This document shows positions 45,519 through 56,179 of a DNA stretch of 64,000 nucleotides, piece by piece. Both the position numbers and the translations under genes were made by a program. The number at the start of each line of letters is the position of its first letter. The first letter of the stretch is position 1. The stretch is taken from NCBI GenBank assembly GCA_016206285.1, contig JACQRW010000007.1, forward strand, positions 16,455-80,454. The letters run 5' to 3'. The DNA is from Candidatus Sungiibacteriota bacterium. Lineage in GTDB: Bacteria; Patescibacteriota; Minisyncoccia; Sungbacterales; HO2-52-23. Under the pieces are notes generated by a model, which worked only from the letters and a program-made list of their open reading frames with translations, had not been told where the DNA came from and did not search any database.

Positions 45519-48500
45519 TTACTGAGACTGCAAGCTCTCCTGTGTCGTACCGATTGCAGGCAGACCCTTGACCTGATATCCGTTGGTGAAATCAAGATCC
45601 TGGATCGTATTCTGCGTGGTGGTTGACACTGGCGACCAGATGAACGCATTGTTTGTGTCTGCATCCACCGAGCTGGTCACTGCCGTGCTGCCCTGGCTTC
45701 CTGCTTTCGACATGAGCGTTGCCGTGTTTACCGGATACGCCGAGTCACCTCTCAAGTTAACCGTAATGGTGTCCTTGCTGTTGGTGTTTGTCGAAACATT
45801 TGCCGCGGTTGCACGAAGCTGGAAGTAGCGTGTCGAACCATTCGGGACGATATAAGTCGTCGTTGCGCTGCTGTTGCAGCTTGTCTTGTCAGGATAGATC
45901 GAGATCGTTCTCGGACCCGCTGCGGTTGAAGACAACCCGTTGAAGCAGGTACCTGCGTTGACCAAACCGGTTGCGGAGAATGTCGAGTCAATCGTCGAGA
46001 ATCCTGAGTCAGTGTACGCATATACTGCATACGCGGAGGTCGTCGCCATGAGCGATGAGGAACCGATAGCAAACGAGAACTTATACAGTGCTACGTCGCC
46101 ATTCTGAGCTTTTACGCTGAACTTGTAGAGAATGTTGTCTGCTTTGCTGCTGACAATCTTCTCTGCGGAGCTCAATGCAATATAGCTTACGATCGGATAT
46201 GACCTCATGATCCGTACTCCGGCTGATGCCGAATCCGCGCTGGTCGGGGTAATGGTAGCTCCTGATGCAACACCGGTTCCGTAGTTACCGTTTACGCCGT
46301 TGTTTCCTCCGTCGTAATCAACAATCAACAGATCTCCGGATGCGGTCAGGTTTGCGCTCGGACCGATTGCCGAGATATCACCCTTGATGACCAAAGTCTT
46401 AGATCCGCCTTTTGGAATACGGAATGCTCCTGCCGTGATCAAGCTTGATGTCGCGTTGTCTCCTGATCCGAATGATGCGGTTCCGACAAGCGCCATGGTG
46501 TCTGCATCGTACAGAGACACTTTGTTGTCGGCCAAATCGTTCGGGGTGTTTGAAGCAACACCGGTCAATTGCAGCGCAATCTGCTTGACATCGACATCTT
46601 CATTCACTGCGCTGTACTTGATGCGCGCGAGTTCAACTCCGGTTGTGCCTCCCGTGACAATCGCGTAGCCCGGGCTGTTGGTGTCAAGTACTGTCGAGAG
46701 AGTTCCGCCCGATGATGCCGTCATTTGCTGGCCTGCCGCATCGGTGAATGTCTCGGCAATAGTTTGTCCGCTGCCCAAGCCAGTCACTCCGGTAAAGGAT
46801 GCGTTCTGTCCCGCATCAATACCCCACTGGTACACTCCGGTTGATCCGCTGCGGACATCACACTTCATGGAGAGCGTCTTTGAGTTCCCCTTGGCCAAGA
46901 CCAAGCCAGTTCCGTCAAAGGTAATGCTCGTGGAAGATGCAGTGTCGGTTGATACCGGATTCTTCTTATTGCTGCTGTTTACTGAAGTGGTTCCGTCATA
47001 GAGCTGACAATTGGTCAGATCGTTGCGGTTTCCTGAAACTGCGTTGAAGTAAAGCGGGATTGATACCACGCGCACATCTTCTCCGGATGCTGTCGTGTCA
47101 AAGATGTAGCGTGCGAATTCAAACTGCAAGGATCCTGCGATCACGGTCTGCGCAACCGGTACGGTTGCGACGTTTACCGTCAAGGCGCCGGTCTTTACCG
47201 TCATGGTGTTCATGGCGATTGCCGCTGCCGGTGACGGGGTGATCGAGTTGCCGCTGTTCTGACCTTTTGCCGAAGCAAAGTCAGTGCTTGGGGTGGTTGA
47301 TGCCTGGATCGTGACGTTGTTGGTTATGTCAGATCCCACCTTACCTTTGAGGGTATAGGTGTGAAGACCAACCGGGAAGGTAATGCTCGTTGAGAATACC
47401 AACACACCGTCAGCAGAACCGCCTGTATCAGTCGTGTCAGATGCGTTTCCGTCAACCGGACCGCCAATGACACTGCCGTTTTCGTCAACCAATGAAACGT
47501 TGGTCAGATCATCTACATCCATCGTAGCAACTGTCTCATCAACAAGCGTTACGTTGAATGCCACTTTGGTTACCGTGATCGGCTCACCCTTTACATCCGT
47601 AGTAAATGCTCCCAATGGAACATTGTTTACGTTTACGGCAATGTTTTGGGCAGCTACCGCGTTTGAAGTGCTGACGCTGATCGTACCTGCGGATACGGTT
47701 ACCGTACCGCCGGCATACCATGGATCCTCACTCGAAGTGAAGTTCGGGCTGGTGTGATCAGCAGCTGCCGTGCCGGTCTGCGGAGGCATAATGCCGAATC
47801 CGTAGGTCTGGCCGTTCAAGCCGATGTCAACACGTTTTGCGATATCGAAGATAATGGTGCGTCCGGATCCTCCGATAATGTCACCCTTGATCGAAAGTTC
47901 CTTTGAAAATCCCTTGTCGATCAAAAGTCCCTGACCGCTGTTGTCGGTAAATGTCGTTGTATAGTACTTGCCATCCGAGCTGACCACCGCGTCATATGCG
48001 ACGCCGTCTACATAGGTCTTGACGTTAGCAAGATCTCCTGATGCAACCGATCCAGTCTGGTTCCAGCGGATGTACTTGAGATATACCTTTTCCGCAGATC
48101 CTGCAGTTACGCGGACTGCTGAAAATGTGTATGCAAGCTCACCGATGTTTTTCGTGATCGCCGCACCCGGATCAGTTGATCCGCGCTGCATGCTAACCGT
48201 TCCGATTGAGACCGTACTGTTGTAGGTCTGGCCATTGCCGACAATCGGTGCTGTTGCGGAAACACCGTTTACTGCGGTTGTTCCTGCGTTTACTCCAACC
48301 AAAGCAATCTGAATCACCTGGCCGTTGTATGAGCTGTTTGCCGCAACCATGTTACCTGCAAGGGTAAGTGTTCGCGTGCTGCCAGCTTTTACTACTACCG
48401 GTTCATTCAATAATGCCTGATGAAGCGAGTTCAAAGTCTTGGAAAGGCCGAGCTGCGCTCCGTTCTCATCCAGCAATACTACGCTATCAAGCGCCGCATC

Positions 48501-49238
48501 GTTGGAAGGTCCTTTGCGCTCTACGGTGAGACCGGTAATGGTTACATCACCGTCTGCAGAAGCCATAAATTTGACTCGGGTAAACGGTACGCGTGCCGCT
48601 CCGCCCGGAGCAAGGTTTGCAACCGGCTGGTTTGCGTCAAGCATGACGCTCAATCCCGTTGCTACCGGTGTTACCGGCGTTGCAGGCGTTCCCGGGACAC
48701 CCGGGACACCTGGAACTCCTGGAATACCCGGTGTTGCCGGTGTCGGCGGAGTTGGTACCTGTGCTACCTGCGCATTGTATGCTGCGCGCGATATCGGTCC
48801 GAAGTATCCGGCTGCCGGAGAAACTCCTGCCGCTACCTGCCATTTAGCTACTGCGGCTCTGGTCAGGACACCAAAGTATCCGGTTGCCGCCACATTCAGA
48901 TACCCTCCTGCAATCAAGGTGTTTTGAAGGCAAGTGACATCATCTCCCCGAGATCCGACTGTCAGACTCCGGGTGAAGGTGCACTTTGCCCCGGTCATTG
49001 CGCCAGTTCCCGTACCCTGCTGCAATGCCGCGATCTGTGCTTGGAGCGCCGCGATCTGTGCCATCAGCGATTCGATGGTAACAGTCTGTGCGACTGCAGC
49101 CAACGGCATGATGATCGCCGCTCCTGAAATCGTGATGGCCGTTGCCAATGCCGCAACTTTCTTAAGTCCGCGGCTGCCACCACTAAAGGATAATATATTC
49201 ATAATGTTCGTATATTTTGCCATCCGCTGGCAGAACAA
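45519..49238 (-). CDS. Very large (1239 aa) secreted cell-surface protein: signal/TM, coiled-coil, peptidoglycan-binding domain, Pro/Thr linker, Thr/Ser/Gly/Val-rich beta-rich body (S-layer-like)
   Basis: LAAVAQT signal; IAALQAQIAALQQG coiled-coil; GSRGDDVTCLQNTLIAGGYL...GYFGVLTRAAVAKWQ PG_binding_1-like domain; PTPPTPATPGIPGVPGVPGVPGTPATPVTPV linker. Confidence 0.7.
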   Translation of the reverse strand: MFCQRMAKYTNIMNILSFSGGSRGLKKVAALATAITISGAAIIMPLAAVAQTVTIESLMAQIAALQAQIAALQQGTGTGAMTGAKCTFTRSLTVGSRGDDVTCLQNTLIAGGYLNVAATGYFGVLTRAAVAKWQVAAGVSPAAGYFGPISRAAYNAQVAQVPTPPTPATPGIPGVPGVPGVPGTPATPVTPVATGLSVMLDANQPVANLAPGGAARVPFTRVKFMASADGDVTITGLTVERKGPSNDAALDSVVLLDENGAQLGLSKTLNSLHQALLNEPVVVKAGSTRTLTLAGNMVAANSSYNGQVIQIALVGVNAGTTAVNGVSATAPIVGNGQTYNSTVSIGTVSMQRGSTDPGAAITKNIGELAYTFSAVRVTAGSAEKVYLKYIRWNQTGSVASGDLANVKTYVDGVAYDAVVSSDGKYYTTTFTDNSGQGLLIDKGFSKELSIKGDIIGGSGRTIIFDIAKRVDIGLNGQTYGFGIMPPQTGTAAADHTSPNFTSSEDPWYAGGTVTVSAGTISVSTSNAVAAQNIAVNVNNVPLGAFTTDVKGEPITVTKVAFNVTLVDETVATMDVDDLTNVSLVDENGSVIGGPVDGNASDTTDTGGSADGVLVFSTSITFPVGLHTYTLKGKVGSDITNNVTIQASTTPSTDFASAKGQNSGNSITPSPAAAIAMNTMTVKTGALTVNVATVPVAQTVIAGSLQFEFARYIFDTTASGEDVRVVSIPLYFNAVSGNRNDLTNCQLYDGTTSVNSSNKKNPVSTDTASSTSITFDGTGLVLAKGNSKTLSMKCDVRSGSTGVYQWGIDAGQNASFTGVTGLGSGQTIAETFTDAAGQQMTASSGGTLSTVLDTNSPGYAIVTGGTTGVELARIKYSAVNEDVDVKQIALQLTGVASNTPNDLADNKVSLYDADTMALVGTASFGSGDNATSSLITAGAFRIPKGGSKTLVIKGDISAIGPSANLTASGDLLIVDYDGGNNGVNGNYGTGVASGATITPTSADSASAGVRIMRSYPIVSYIALSSAEKIVSSKADNILYKFSVKAQNGDVALYKFSFAIGSSSLMATTSAYAVYAYTDSGFSTIDSTFSATGLVNAGTCFNGLSSTAAGPRTISIYPDKTSCNSSATTTYIVPNGSTRYFQLRATAANVSTNTNSKDTITVNLRGDSAYPVNTATLMSKAGSQGSTAVTSSVDADTNNAFIWSPVSTTTQNTIQDLDFTNGYQVKGLPAIGTTQESLQSQ

Positions 49239-49982
49239 AAGATTATTAAAGATTTTTGCTTTGCCCCGGACAACGTTACTAACAGAAACTTTTTTCTGTC
49301 TCTTCCTGTTTCAGTAAAGACAGAAAAAGCTTCGTGCCTCTGAACGCTTCACTTCTTATCCTTGTCGACGAACTGGATTTGAGATGAAGCGTATTTTGAT
49401 TTGAATAATGAAGAAGAAAAACTTTGGAGCCAAGTTCCCCTCATCCAGCCCCTATTTTCAACAGCAAGCTCAACATCACCAAACCTTGCGGCTGAAAATA
49501 GGAGCTGGACTTAAGGAGATCGACCGAATCTTGAAGCCCCAAGTAAGGAAACCTCCAACTGCGTTCGATATCTCAATTCCTTGTTTTCTCAATTGTCAAT
49601 GTTCTCTCCGATCAGCCAGTGACTTCCATGCATCCCATATAATAAGAAACGTTCCAAAATTGTAACCTTTCTTATTATATGAGTGCGGGACTTTTTCTGA
49701 TATACGTAAACCAAACCAAAAATGGCTTTCTTAAAAATTAGATGTAATCAGGCGTTCCACATACTTATATCATAAGTATACTGTTCTCACAAGCATGCGC
49801 AAGTGCACTTATCCACAAAAAGTATTTCCCTTAGATATCATGCAAATTGCGCTTATTTTCGAACTCTCTCCAGTATAGAGCCAGCTGCCTTGTTCGACAA
49901 GCCCTGGCCCTGTGGATAACATATATCATGCTTGCATATACACTCATTTGCGCCCATTTATAGAGCCTCTTAAGAGAGTATC

Positions 49983-50855
49983 TTATATATCAAGTTTTTT
50001 CAAGTACTGTCTGAACTGCTTGCCAATCTCCGGATGTTTAAGCCCGACCTGCACCATTGCCTTAGCAAATCCAAGTTTTTCTCCGCAATCCAGCAATATC
50101 CCCTCGTATTCATAGCCATACATCTCTCCCCCTTTTTTTAGATAGAGTTGGAATGCACCTGTTTGATATAATTCCCCTCCGGGACCAGGCTTCATGACTG
50201 CCAAAAGATCCAGGAGCTCGGGCGTATAGATATATTTGCCGCGTGACACAAGATTGGAAGGCGCCTCTTCAATCTTCGGCTTCTCAATCATATCGGTCAC
50301 TCTGAATGTCCGATTGGAAATCTTTTTTACGCCGACAATACCATATCTTGAAACCATTTTTTTAGGAACACGATCAAGTGCAAGTACTGGCTTATGATAT
50401 AAGTCAAAGACATCCATAAGCTGTTTCAAGCATGGCACTTTTGCGTCAACAACATCGTCTTCATAGAGAACAGCGACAGGCTCATCATGTCCGATAAGAT
50501 GTCTAGCTTGCAATACTGCGTGTCCGGGTCCCAACGGTTCGCTTTCACGGACATAAGTAAATTTTGCCAGAGACGATATTGCGTGAATGCGATCCGCAAG
50601 TTCGGTCTTCCCGCGATTACGGAGAAAATACTCAAGTTCCAGAGAATAGTCAAAGTGATCCTCTATAGCTCTCTTACCCCGACCGGTTACAAAGATAATA
50701 TCAGTAATGCCGGATGCAACTGCTTCCTCAACCAAAAACTGTATGACCGGCTTGTCGATCAAGGGCAGCATTGCCTTGGGTTGTGCTTTGGTTGCAGGAA
50801 GAAACCTGGTTCCAAGACCAGCAACTGGAATAATGACTTTAGTCAAAGGTCTCAT
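49983..50855 (-). CDS. galU: UTP--glucose-1-phosphate uridylyltransferase
   Basis: KVIIPVAGLGTRFLPATKAQPKAMLPLIDKPVIQF and VTGRGKRAIEDHFD motifs. Confidence 0.85.
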   Translation of the reverse strand: MRPLTKVIIPVAGLGTRFLPATKAQPKAMLPLIDKPVIQFLVEEAVASGITDIIFVTGRGKRAIEDHFDYSLELEYFLRNRGKTELADRIHAISSLAKFTYVRESEPLGPGHAVLQARHLIGHDEPVAVLYEDDVVDAKVPCLKQLMDVFDLYHKPVLALDRVPKKMVSRYGIVGVKKISNRTFRVTDMIEKPKIEEAPSNLVSRGKYIYTPELLDLLAVMKPGPGGELYQTGAFQLYLKKGGEMYGYEYEGILLDCGEKLGFAKAMVQVGLKHPEIGKQFRQYLKKLDI

Positions 50856-50942
50856 ATAGTTTGTCCCTTATATATGAAAAATGTCCTATATTCTATAAGA
50901 CATTTCCCATATATAAGATGTGTTATCCCCATAAATGAGAAA

Positions 50943-51779
50943 TTACTTGAGAGAATAGATCGTCCAACGTTTTTCGCCTTCTTTTTTAAGGACATCTTTT
51001 TGCACCAGATCGTGCAGATCGCGTTGGATAGTTTTAGCGCTTACATCAGCAAGCAGGGTCTGGAAATCACTTATTTTTGCCTGGGACACCTTTTCTACAA
51101 AGCTAAGTATATCTTTTTGGCGACCGGTTATACTGGCATTTTGACCGGAGTGGCGTAGCAAAGGTTTTTGAGAAACTTGCTTCTCACTGTCTTTGGCGGG
51201 GCCGTCAGAATCAATACGCCTGTTGGGCATGGACATTTCCGGACCGCTTTGTCTTGTCGCCTTCTGATTATGCCCGGTATATTCTGCGTTCGTTCGGTCA
51301 GGCGAAGCGTGCTGCTTCCCATGACTCTCACTCACTTGATTATACTCTGTATATTCGGCGTTCGCTCGGCCTCGAGAAATGGGTTTCTCGCGGCTCTCAC
51401 TCACTTGATTATAACCCGCTGCATCGGGGTTCCAGTCACGATTTTGGGAAATATTGTTCACGGCAAGTTCCTGCCTGAAAAAATGTTCAAGCGCTTCATA
51501 CTCGCGTTCAAGGATAGTCAGGTTGATCGGCCGGACCAGCCGCATGGCACGGCTCACGCGCAAATACCCTTTTATGGTTTCAACCCTGGCAAGCACACTA
51601 AGAGCCTCCGCTTCATGACTGCCGGCATAATCGTATTCGGTGACATTTCCAAAAATTTCGTTTGCCTTTTCCCGAAGCTGCCGCTTGAGCGCCTCCCCCT
51701 GCGGAAAAAAATCCGTTACGCGGTAGAGCGCCAGGGTGAGTTCAAACGCTTTGCGATGCAATTCTTGCGAAGTGTTCAT
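50943..51779 (-). CDS. Four-helix-bundle (23S-rRNA-IVS/Avd-family-like) domain fused to an internal 25-aa tandem repeat and a C-terminal winged-helix DNA-binding domain
   Basis: N-terminal LHRKAFELTLALYRVTDFFPQGE resembles the TIGR02436 family. YNQVSES...NAEYT is repeated twice (~75-nt DNA repeat at about 51290..51440). C-terminal ILSFVEKVSQAKISDFQTLLADVSAKTIQRDLHDLVQKDVL is a DeoR-like HTH. Confidence 0.5.
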   Translation of the reverse strand: MNTSQELHRKAFELTLALYRVTDFFPQGEALKRQLREKANEIFGNVTEYDYAGSHEAEALSVLARVETIKGYLRVSRAMRLVRPINLTILEREYEALEHFFRQELAVNNISQNRDWNPDAAGYNQVSESREKPISRGRANAEYTEYNQVSESHGKQHASPDRTNAEYTGHNQKATRQSGPEMSMPNRRIDSDGPAKDSEKQVSQKPLLRHSGQNASITGRQKDILSFVEKVSQAKISDFQTLLADVSAKTIQRDLHDLVQKDVLKKEGEKRWTIYSLK

Positions 51780-51855
51780 ACTATACTACTTTCATAACAA
51801 TAACTCCCCTTGCTGTCAATTTGGTGCACTCCCAAATGTTTGATAAAATGACTAA

Positions 51856-52557
51856 ATGAAAAAAGAAACATTTTCACAAAAGCAGGACCGGACGGACAAA
51901 ATTTTCTCACTGCTGAAAAAAACTTACCCGGACGCAGGCATGATCCTCCGGTTTTCCAACCCGTGGGAACTGCTGGTCGCAGTCATTCTCTCCGCACAGT
52001 GCACCGACAAAAAAGTAAACGAGGTAACTGAAAAACTTTTCCAAAAATATCGAACGCTCGATGCCTACGTCCGGGCAGGCACGAGCACGGCCGGAAGAAA
52101 AGAATTTGAACATATGATCCACTCCACCGGCTTCTATCGTGCAAAAGCAAAACATATTCTTGCAACAGCAAAACTTGTCAAAGAAAATTTCAACGGAAAA
52201 ATTCCGAAGACAATGGAAGAGTTGCTCACGCTCCGCGGCGTGGCGCGCAAAACCGCAAACGTAGTTCTGGGAAATGCGTACGGAGTTGTCGAGGGCATTG
52301 CCGTGGACACGCACGTCGCCCGCCTCTCGCAACGCCTCGAACTTTCCGCAGCGCATGATCCAAAAAAAATTGAACGCGATCTCATGGAGCTGCTCCCAAA
52401 AAAAAATTGGTTCCGCTCCACGTATCTGCTCATCGACCACGGCAGAAAAATCTGCACCGCAAAAGACCCGCGATGCGATCTGTGTCCATTGCAAAAAATT
52501 TGTCCGTCAGCATTCCAGTTTCCAAGATTTGAAAAGAACGTAAAACATAACACATAA
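51856..52557 (+). CDS. nth: Endonuclease III (DNA-(apurinic or apyrimidinic site) lyase)
   Basis: HhH motif LRGVARKTANVVL and 4Fe-4S cluster loop CTAKDPRCDLCPLQKIC. Confidence 0.85.
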   Translation: MKKETFSQKQDRTDKIFSLLKKTYPDAGMILRFSNPWELLVAVILSAQCTDKKVNEVTEKLFQKYRTLDAYVRAGTSTAGRKEFEHMIHSTGFYRAKAKHILATAKLVKENFNGKIPKTMEELLTLRGVARKTANVVLGNAYGVVEGIAVDTHVARLSQRLELSAAHDPKKIERDLMELLPKKNWFRSTYLLIDHGRKICTAKDPRCDLCPLQKICPSAFQFPRFEKNVKHNT

Positions 52558-52568
52558 CACGAAACACT

Positions 52569-52928
52569 ATGGAGCGGAAATTCCACGCTATCCTGAGAGA
52601 AAGAATGGATGACTTTGTACATTTGGTATACAAAGTTACAAAACAATTTCCAAGAGAAGAATTGTATGGATCAACTTCACAACTGAGGCGAGCATCGCTT
52701 TCAATCATCTTAAACTATATTGAGGGATACGCCCGCAAGAGAACACTTGTGAAAATCAATTTCTTTGAAACATCATTCGGCTCGCTTCAGGAAAGCAGAT
52801 ATCTCTTGGAATTTGCGAGAAAAGAAAACTGGCTTACCGAAACTGAATATGCTACCACATCACGCATAGCAGAAGAAATTGCCGCAATGCTTTGGAAGAC
52901 GATAGAGCATCTTCATCGTGATATGTGA
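52569..52928 (+). CDS. Four-helix-bundle protein (23S rRNA intervening-sequence protein / Avd-like family)
   Basis: KVTKQFPREELYGSTSQLRRASLSIILNYIEGYAR is a close match to the TIGR02436 consensus. Confidence 0.7.
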   Translation: MERKFHAILRERMDDFVHLVYKVTKQFPREELYGSTSQLRRASLSIILNYIEGYARKRTLVKINFFETSFGSLQESRYLLEFARKENWLTETEYATTSRIAEEIAAMLWKTIEHLHRDM

Positions 52929-53250
52929 TACGTTTTACGTGTATCGTTTCTCTTGTGGATAACTTTTCTTGACGTATTTTTATATATCTGGGATAATAAG
53001 AATCAGAAATTAGATGAATGATACATTTTCTGATTTCTCGCTTTGCAAAGCCAATATATTCGTTCTTTTTCAGAAATTTTTATTCAGATGATTTCTTTCA
53101 TCTCATTTCCGTTCTTTCAAAAAAACTCGCTGTATGCACAGCATATAAGCGAAAGTTATCTCTCTTTTCTATCGGTATCATTGCCGCAAAACAGGTCCGT
53201 AATCAAAACCTGATTTGCAAAATACGAATTTGTTTCGCGGTAATGATACC

Positions 53251-53283
53251 AAAAAAGTTTGGGCCACCTCTCGGTGGCCCTCT
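53251..53283. terminator. Rho-independent terminator downstream of clpB
   Basis: AAAAAAGTTT-GGGCCACC-TCTC-GGTGGCCC-TCTTT: an 8-bp GC stem flanked by A- and T-runs, immediately after the clpB stop (minus strand). Confidence 0.55.
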
Positions 53284-53287
53284 TTAA

Positions 53288-56011
53288 TTATCTTTTTGTC
53301 ATGGCGTGAGTCCGCGGCTTCACCTGTTTTACTGCAAGTTTTTTTGCATGCGGCGAGATGGTAATCTTGCCGTCTTTGACGCCGATCAAAATCGAGTCTC
53401 CGGAAACTATTTTCCCGGAAATAATTTCATGCGCAAGCGGATCGAGAATCATGCTCTGGATCGCGCGCTTGAGCGGACGTGCACCATAGTTTGCATCATA
53501 TCCTTTTTCCGCGATCACGCTCTTCACCTCGTCCGCAAACGCAATCGCGATCTCGCGGCCCTCCATGCGTTTGGCTACGCGATCCAGCTGTATCTCGACA
53601 ATCTTTTGAATCGTCGCCGGATTTAATGAGGAGAAGAAAATAATCTCATCAAGACGGTTGAGAAACTCGGGGCGGAAGTTGCGCTCCAACGCCCGACGGA
53701 TCCGTCCTTTCATGTCGGACTCTTTGCGCTCGCGCGTGTCTTCGTCTATTGTCATGAATCCGATCTGACCCATCTCGTGTACAAATTCGCTGCCTACGTT
53801 GGATGTCATCACAATGATCGTATTTTTAAAATTCACGGTGCGACCCTTGGCATCCGTCAGGCGGCCGTTGTCGAGAATCTGCAAAAGAATATTAAATACT
53901 TCCGGATGCGCTTTTTCAATTTCGTCAAAGAGTATGACCGAATACGGGCGATGCTTTACGAGCTCGGTGAGCTGCCCGCCCTCTTCATAACCGACGTATC
54001 CCGGAGGCGAGCCGATGAATTTTGCCGCAGTGTGACGCTCCATATATTCGGACATATCAATCCGGATGAGCGCCTTTTCATCGCTGAACAAAAATTCCGC
54101 GAGCGCTTTGGCAAGTTCTGTTTTGCCAACGCCTGTCTGCCCCAAAAACATGAAGGAGCCGATGGGGCGGTTCTCTTCGCCGATGCCCGCGCGGGAGCGC
54201 CGCACCGCGGATGCGATCCGTTCGATTGCTTCGTCTTGGCCGATCACGCGCTTCTTGAGTTCATCTTCCATCTTGATCAGGCGCGATGCCTCGGTTTCGA
54301 TAATTTTGGTCACGGGAATGCCGGTCCAGCGCGCAATCGCGGCTGCGATATCTTCTTCCGTAACTTCGCCGCGCAATAAATTCCGTGAATTCTGCAAGCT
54401 CACCAAACGCTTTTCCGCATCTTCCAGCTGTGTTTCAAGCTGCGGAATTTTCCCGTACCGCAATTCGGCAACCTTGCCAAACTCACCGCTGCGCTCCGCA
54501 ATATCCGACTCCTGGCGTGATTCGTCAAGATTTTTTTTGAATGCGCGTACTTCCTGAATCGTCTCTTTCTCTTTTGCCCATGTTTGCTCAAGCCCGCGGA
54601 TGCTTTCCTGCAGATCCGAGATTTCCTTTTCGATTTTCTTGAGGCGCTCTTTTTGCTTGCGGTCGGATTCTTTTTTGTCCGCCTGCGAAGATTCACTTAC
54701 CAAACCCGCACGCTCGATTTCAAGCCGCATGATTTTTCTCCGCGTCTCGTCCAGTTCTTTTGGCAGACTGTCCATCTCAAGCCGGAGCGAAGATGCAGCC
54801 TCATCCATCAGGTCAACTGCCTTATCCGGCAGGAATCGGTCCGTAATATACCGCGAAGACAACTGCGCCGCGGAAACCAAGGCCGCATCGGTAATTTTTA
54901 CGCCATGATGCGCCTCATACTTGCGCTTCAGCCCGCGCAAAATTGCAATCGTGTCTTCAACTGAAGGCTCATCCACATACACCGCCTGGAAACGCCGGGC
55001 AAGAGCCGGGTCCCGTTCAATATAGCGCTGATATTCGCGCAATGTGGTGGCACCGATTGCATGCAGCTCTCCGCGCGCAAGCGCAGGTTTCAACATGTTA
55101 GACGCATCAATGGCGCCTTCAGCGGCACCCGCACCAACAAGGGTATGCAGCTCATCAATAAAAATAATATATTTGCCGCCTCCGCGCTCGATTTCGCGCA
55201 CCACCGCTTTTAGGCGGTCTTCAAACTCTCCCCGGTATTTGGTACCCGCCACAATAGCTGCAATATCAATCGCGATTACTTCTTTTTCCTTCAGCGTCTC
55301 CGGCACATCACCCGCCACAATTCGCTCCGCAAGGCCTTCAGCAATCGCGGTCTTGCCTACCCCGGCCTCGCCGATCAGCACCGGATTGTTTTTAGTCCGG
55401 CGCGAGAGCACCTGCATTACGCGGCGGATTTCGTCGTCCCGGCCGATTACCGGATCAAGCTTTTCGGCACGCGCAAGGCGGGTCAGATTGCGCGCATATT
55501 TTTCCAGTACGTTATATTTTGTCTCCGGCTCCTGATCCGTAATGCGCTGGCCTCCGCGAAGCTCCGCGAGCGAGCGCAAAATAACTTCTTTTTGCAGGCC
55601 CTCGCGCGTCAGTATGTCTTTTGCCCGGGACTGCACATCCATAAGAGCCAGAAATAAATGCTCGGTCGAGATAAACTCATCTTTGAGCTGGCTGGCCTCC
55701 CGATGCGCCTGTTCGATCACCTTTGCAAGATCTTGGGTCAGGTAGACCTGCCCCAACGGAGTTGAGACCACGCTTCCACGCGGCATCGCGTCAAGCGCCT
55801 CGAACATACGATCCGCAAATGCCGATATGTCAATCTCCAATTTTTCTAAAATAGCATCAACGGTGCCCTCCTCCTGCAGCACCAGAGCCGCAAGCAAATG
55901 CAGCGCATCAATCTGCTGATGCGAACGTTCCAAAGCAAGGTCATGCGCCCGCTTAAGGGCTTCCTGCGCTTTAACCGTAAATTGTTGAAATGGCGGAAAT
56001 GATGGTGGCAT
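53288..56011 (-). CDS. clpB: ATP-dependent chaperone ClpB
   Basis: N-domain, two AAA+ modules (GEAGVGKT and GQTGVGKT Walker A motifs) and a long coiled-coil middle domain; 907 aa. Confidence 0.9.
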   Translation of the reverse strand: MPPSFPPFQQFTVKAQEALKRAHDLALERSHQQIDALHLLAALVLQEEGTVDAILEKLEIDISAFADRMFEALDAMPRGSVVSTPLGQVYLTQDLAKVIEQAHREASQLKDEFISTEHLFLALMDVQSRAKDILTREGLQKEVILRSLAELRGGQRITDQEPETKYNVLEKYARNLTRLARAEKLDPVIGRDDEIRRVMQVLSRRTKNNPVLIGEAGVGKTAIAEGLAERIVAGDVPETLKEKEVIAIDIAAIVAGTKYRGEFEDRLKAVVREIERGGGKYIIFIDELHTLVGAGAAEGAIDASNMLKPALARGELHAIGATTLREYQRYIERDPALARRFQAVYVDEPSVEDTIAILRGLKRKYEAHHGVKITDAALVSAAQLSSRYITDRFLPDKAVDLMDEAASSLRLEMDSLPKELDETRRKIMRLEIERAGLVSESSQADKKESDRKQKERLKKIEKEISDLQESIRGLEQTWAKEKETIQEVRAFKKNLDESRQESDIAERSGEFGKVAELRYGKIPQLETQLEDAEKRLVSLQNSRNLLRGEVTEEDIAAAIARWTGIPVTKIIETEASRLIKMEDELKKRVIGQDEAIERIASAVRRSRAGIGEENRPIGSFMFLGQTGVGKTELAKALAEFLFSDEKALIRIDMSEYMERHTAAKFIGSPPGYVGYEEGGQLTELVKHRPYSVILFDEIEKAHPEVFNILLQILDNGRLTDAKGRTVNFKNTIIVMTSNVGSEFVHEMGQIGFMTIDEDTRERKESDMKGRIRRALERNFRPEFLNRLDEIIFFSSLNPATIQKIVEIQLDRVAKRMEGREIAIAFADEVKSVIAEKGYDANYGARPLKRAIQSMILDPLAHEIISGKIVSGDSILIGVKDGKITISPHAKKLAVKQVKPRTHAMTKR

Positions 56012-56179
56012 AAAGATAAAAAAGTTAAAATTGCTTATATTCTTGACTTAGAACACGAAAAGAATTCGTTTCGTCACATATTTCTACCGCAACTATATCA
56101 GAAAAATTTCAAAAAATCAAGTCCCCACTGGTTTCAGCGGGGTGTATAATCGGTATGCACTTCCTCGCTTAGCACAATA

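Noticed and set aside
45583-49127. Multiple plus-strand ORFs (e.g. 48420..49127, 48439..48927, 46678..47001) inside the giant surface-protein gene
   Set aside because: Antisense reading frames of a repetitive GC/Thr-codon-rich gene; Cys/Arg-rich nonsense translations.
49637-49680. 13-bp-stem hairpin as intrinsic terminator of galU
   Set aside because: On the minus-strand transcript it is not followed by a U-run. It is more likely part of the structured leader or upstream region of the surface-protein gene, or a protein-binding dyad.
50943-52928. Diversity-generating retroelement suggested by Avd-family four-helix-bundle proteins
   Set aside because: No reverse transcriptase gene and no template/variable repeat pair in the window. 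The only repeat near by is an in-gene 75-nt tandem duplication.
53306-55745. Plus-strand ORFs (53777..54379, 54066..54557, 55044..55535 etc.) opposite clpB
   Set aside because: Antisense to an unmistakable ClpB gene.
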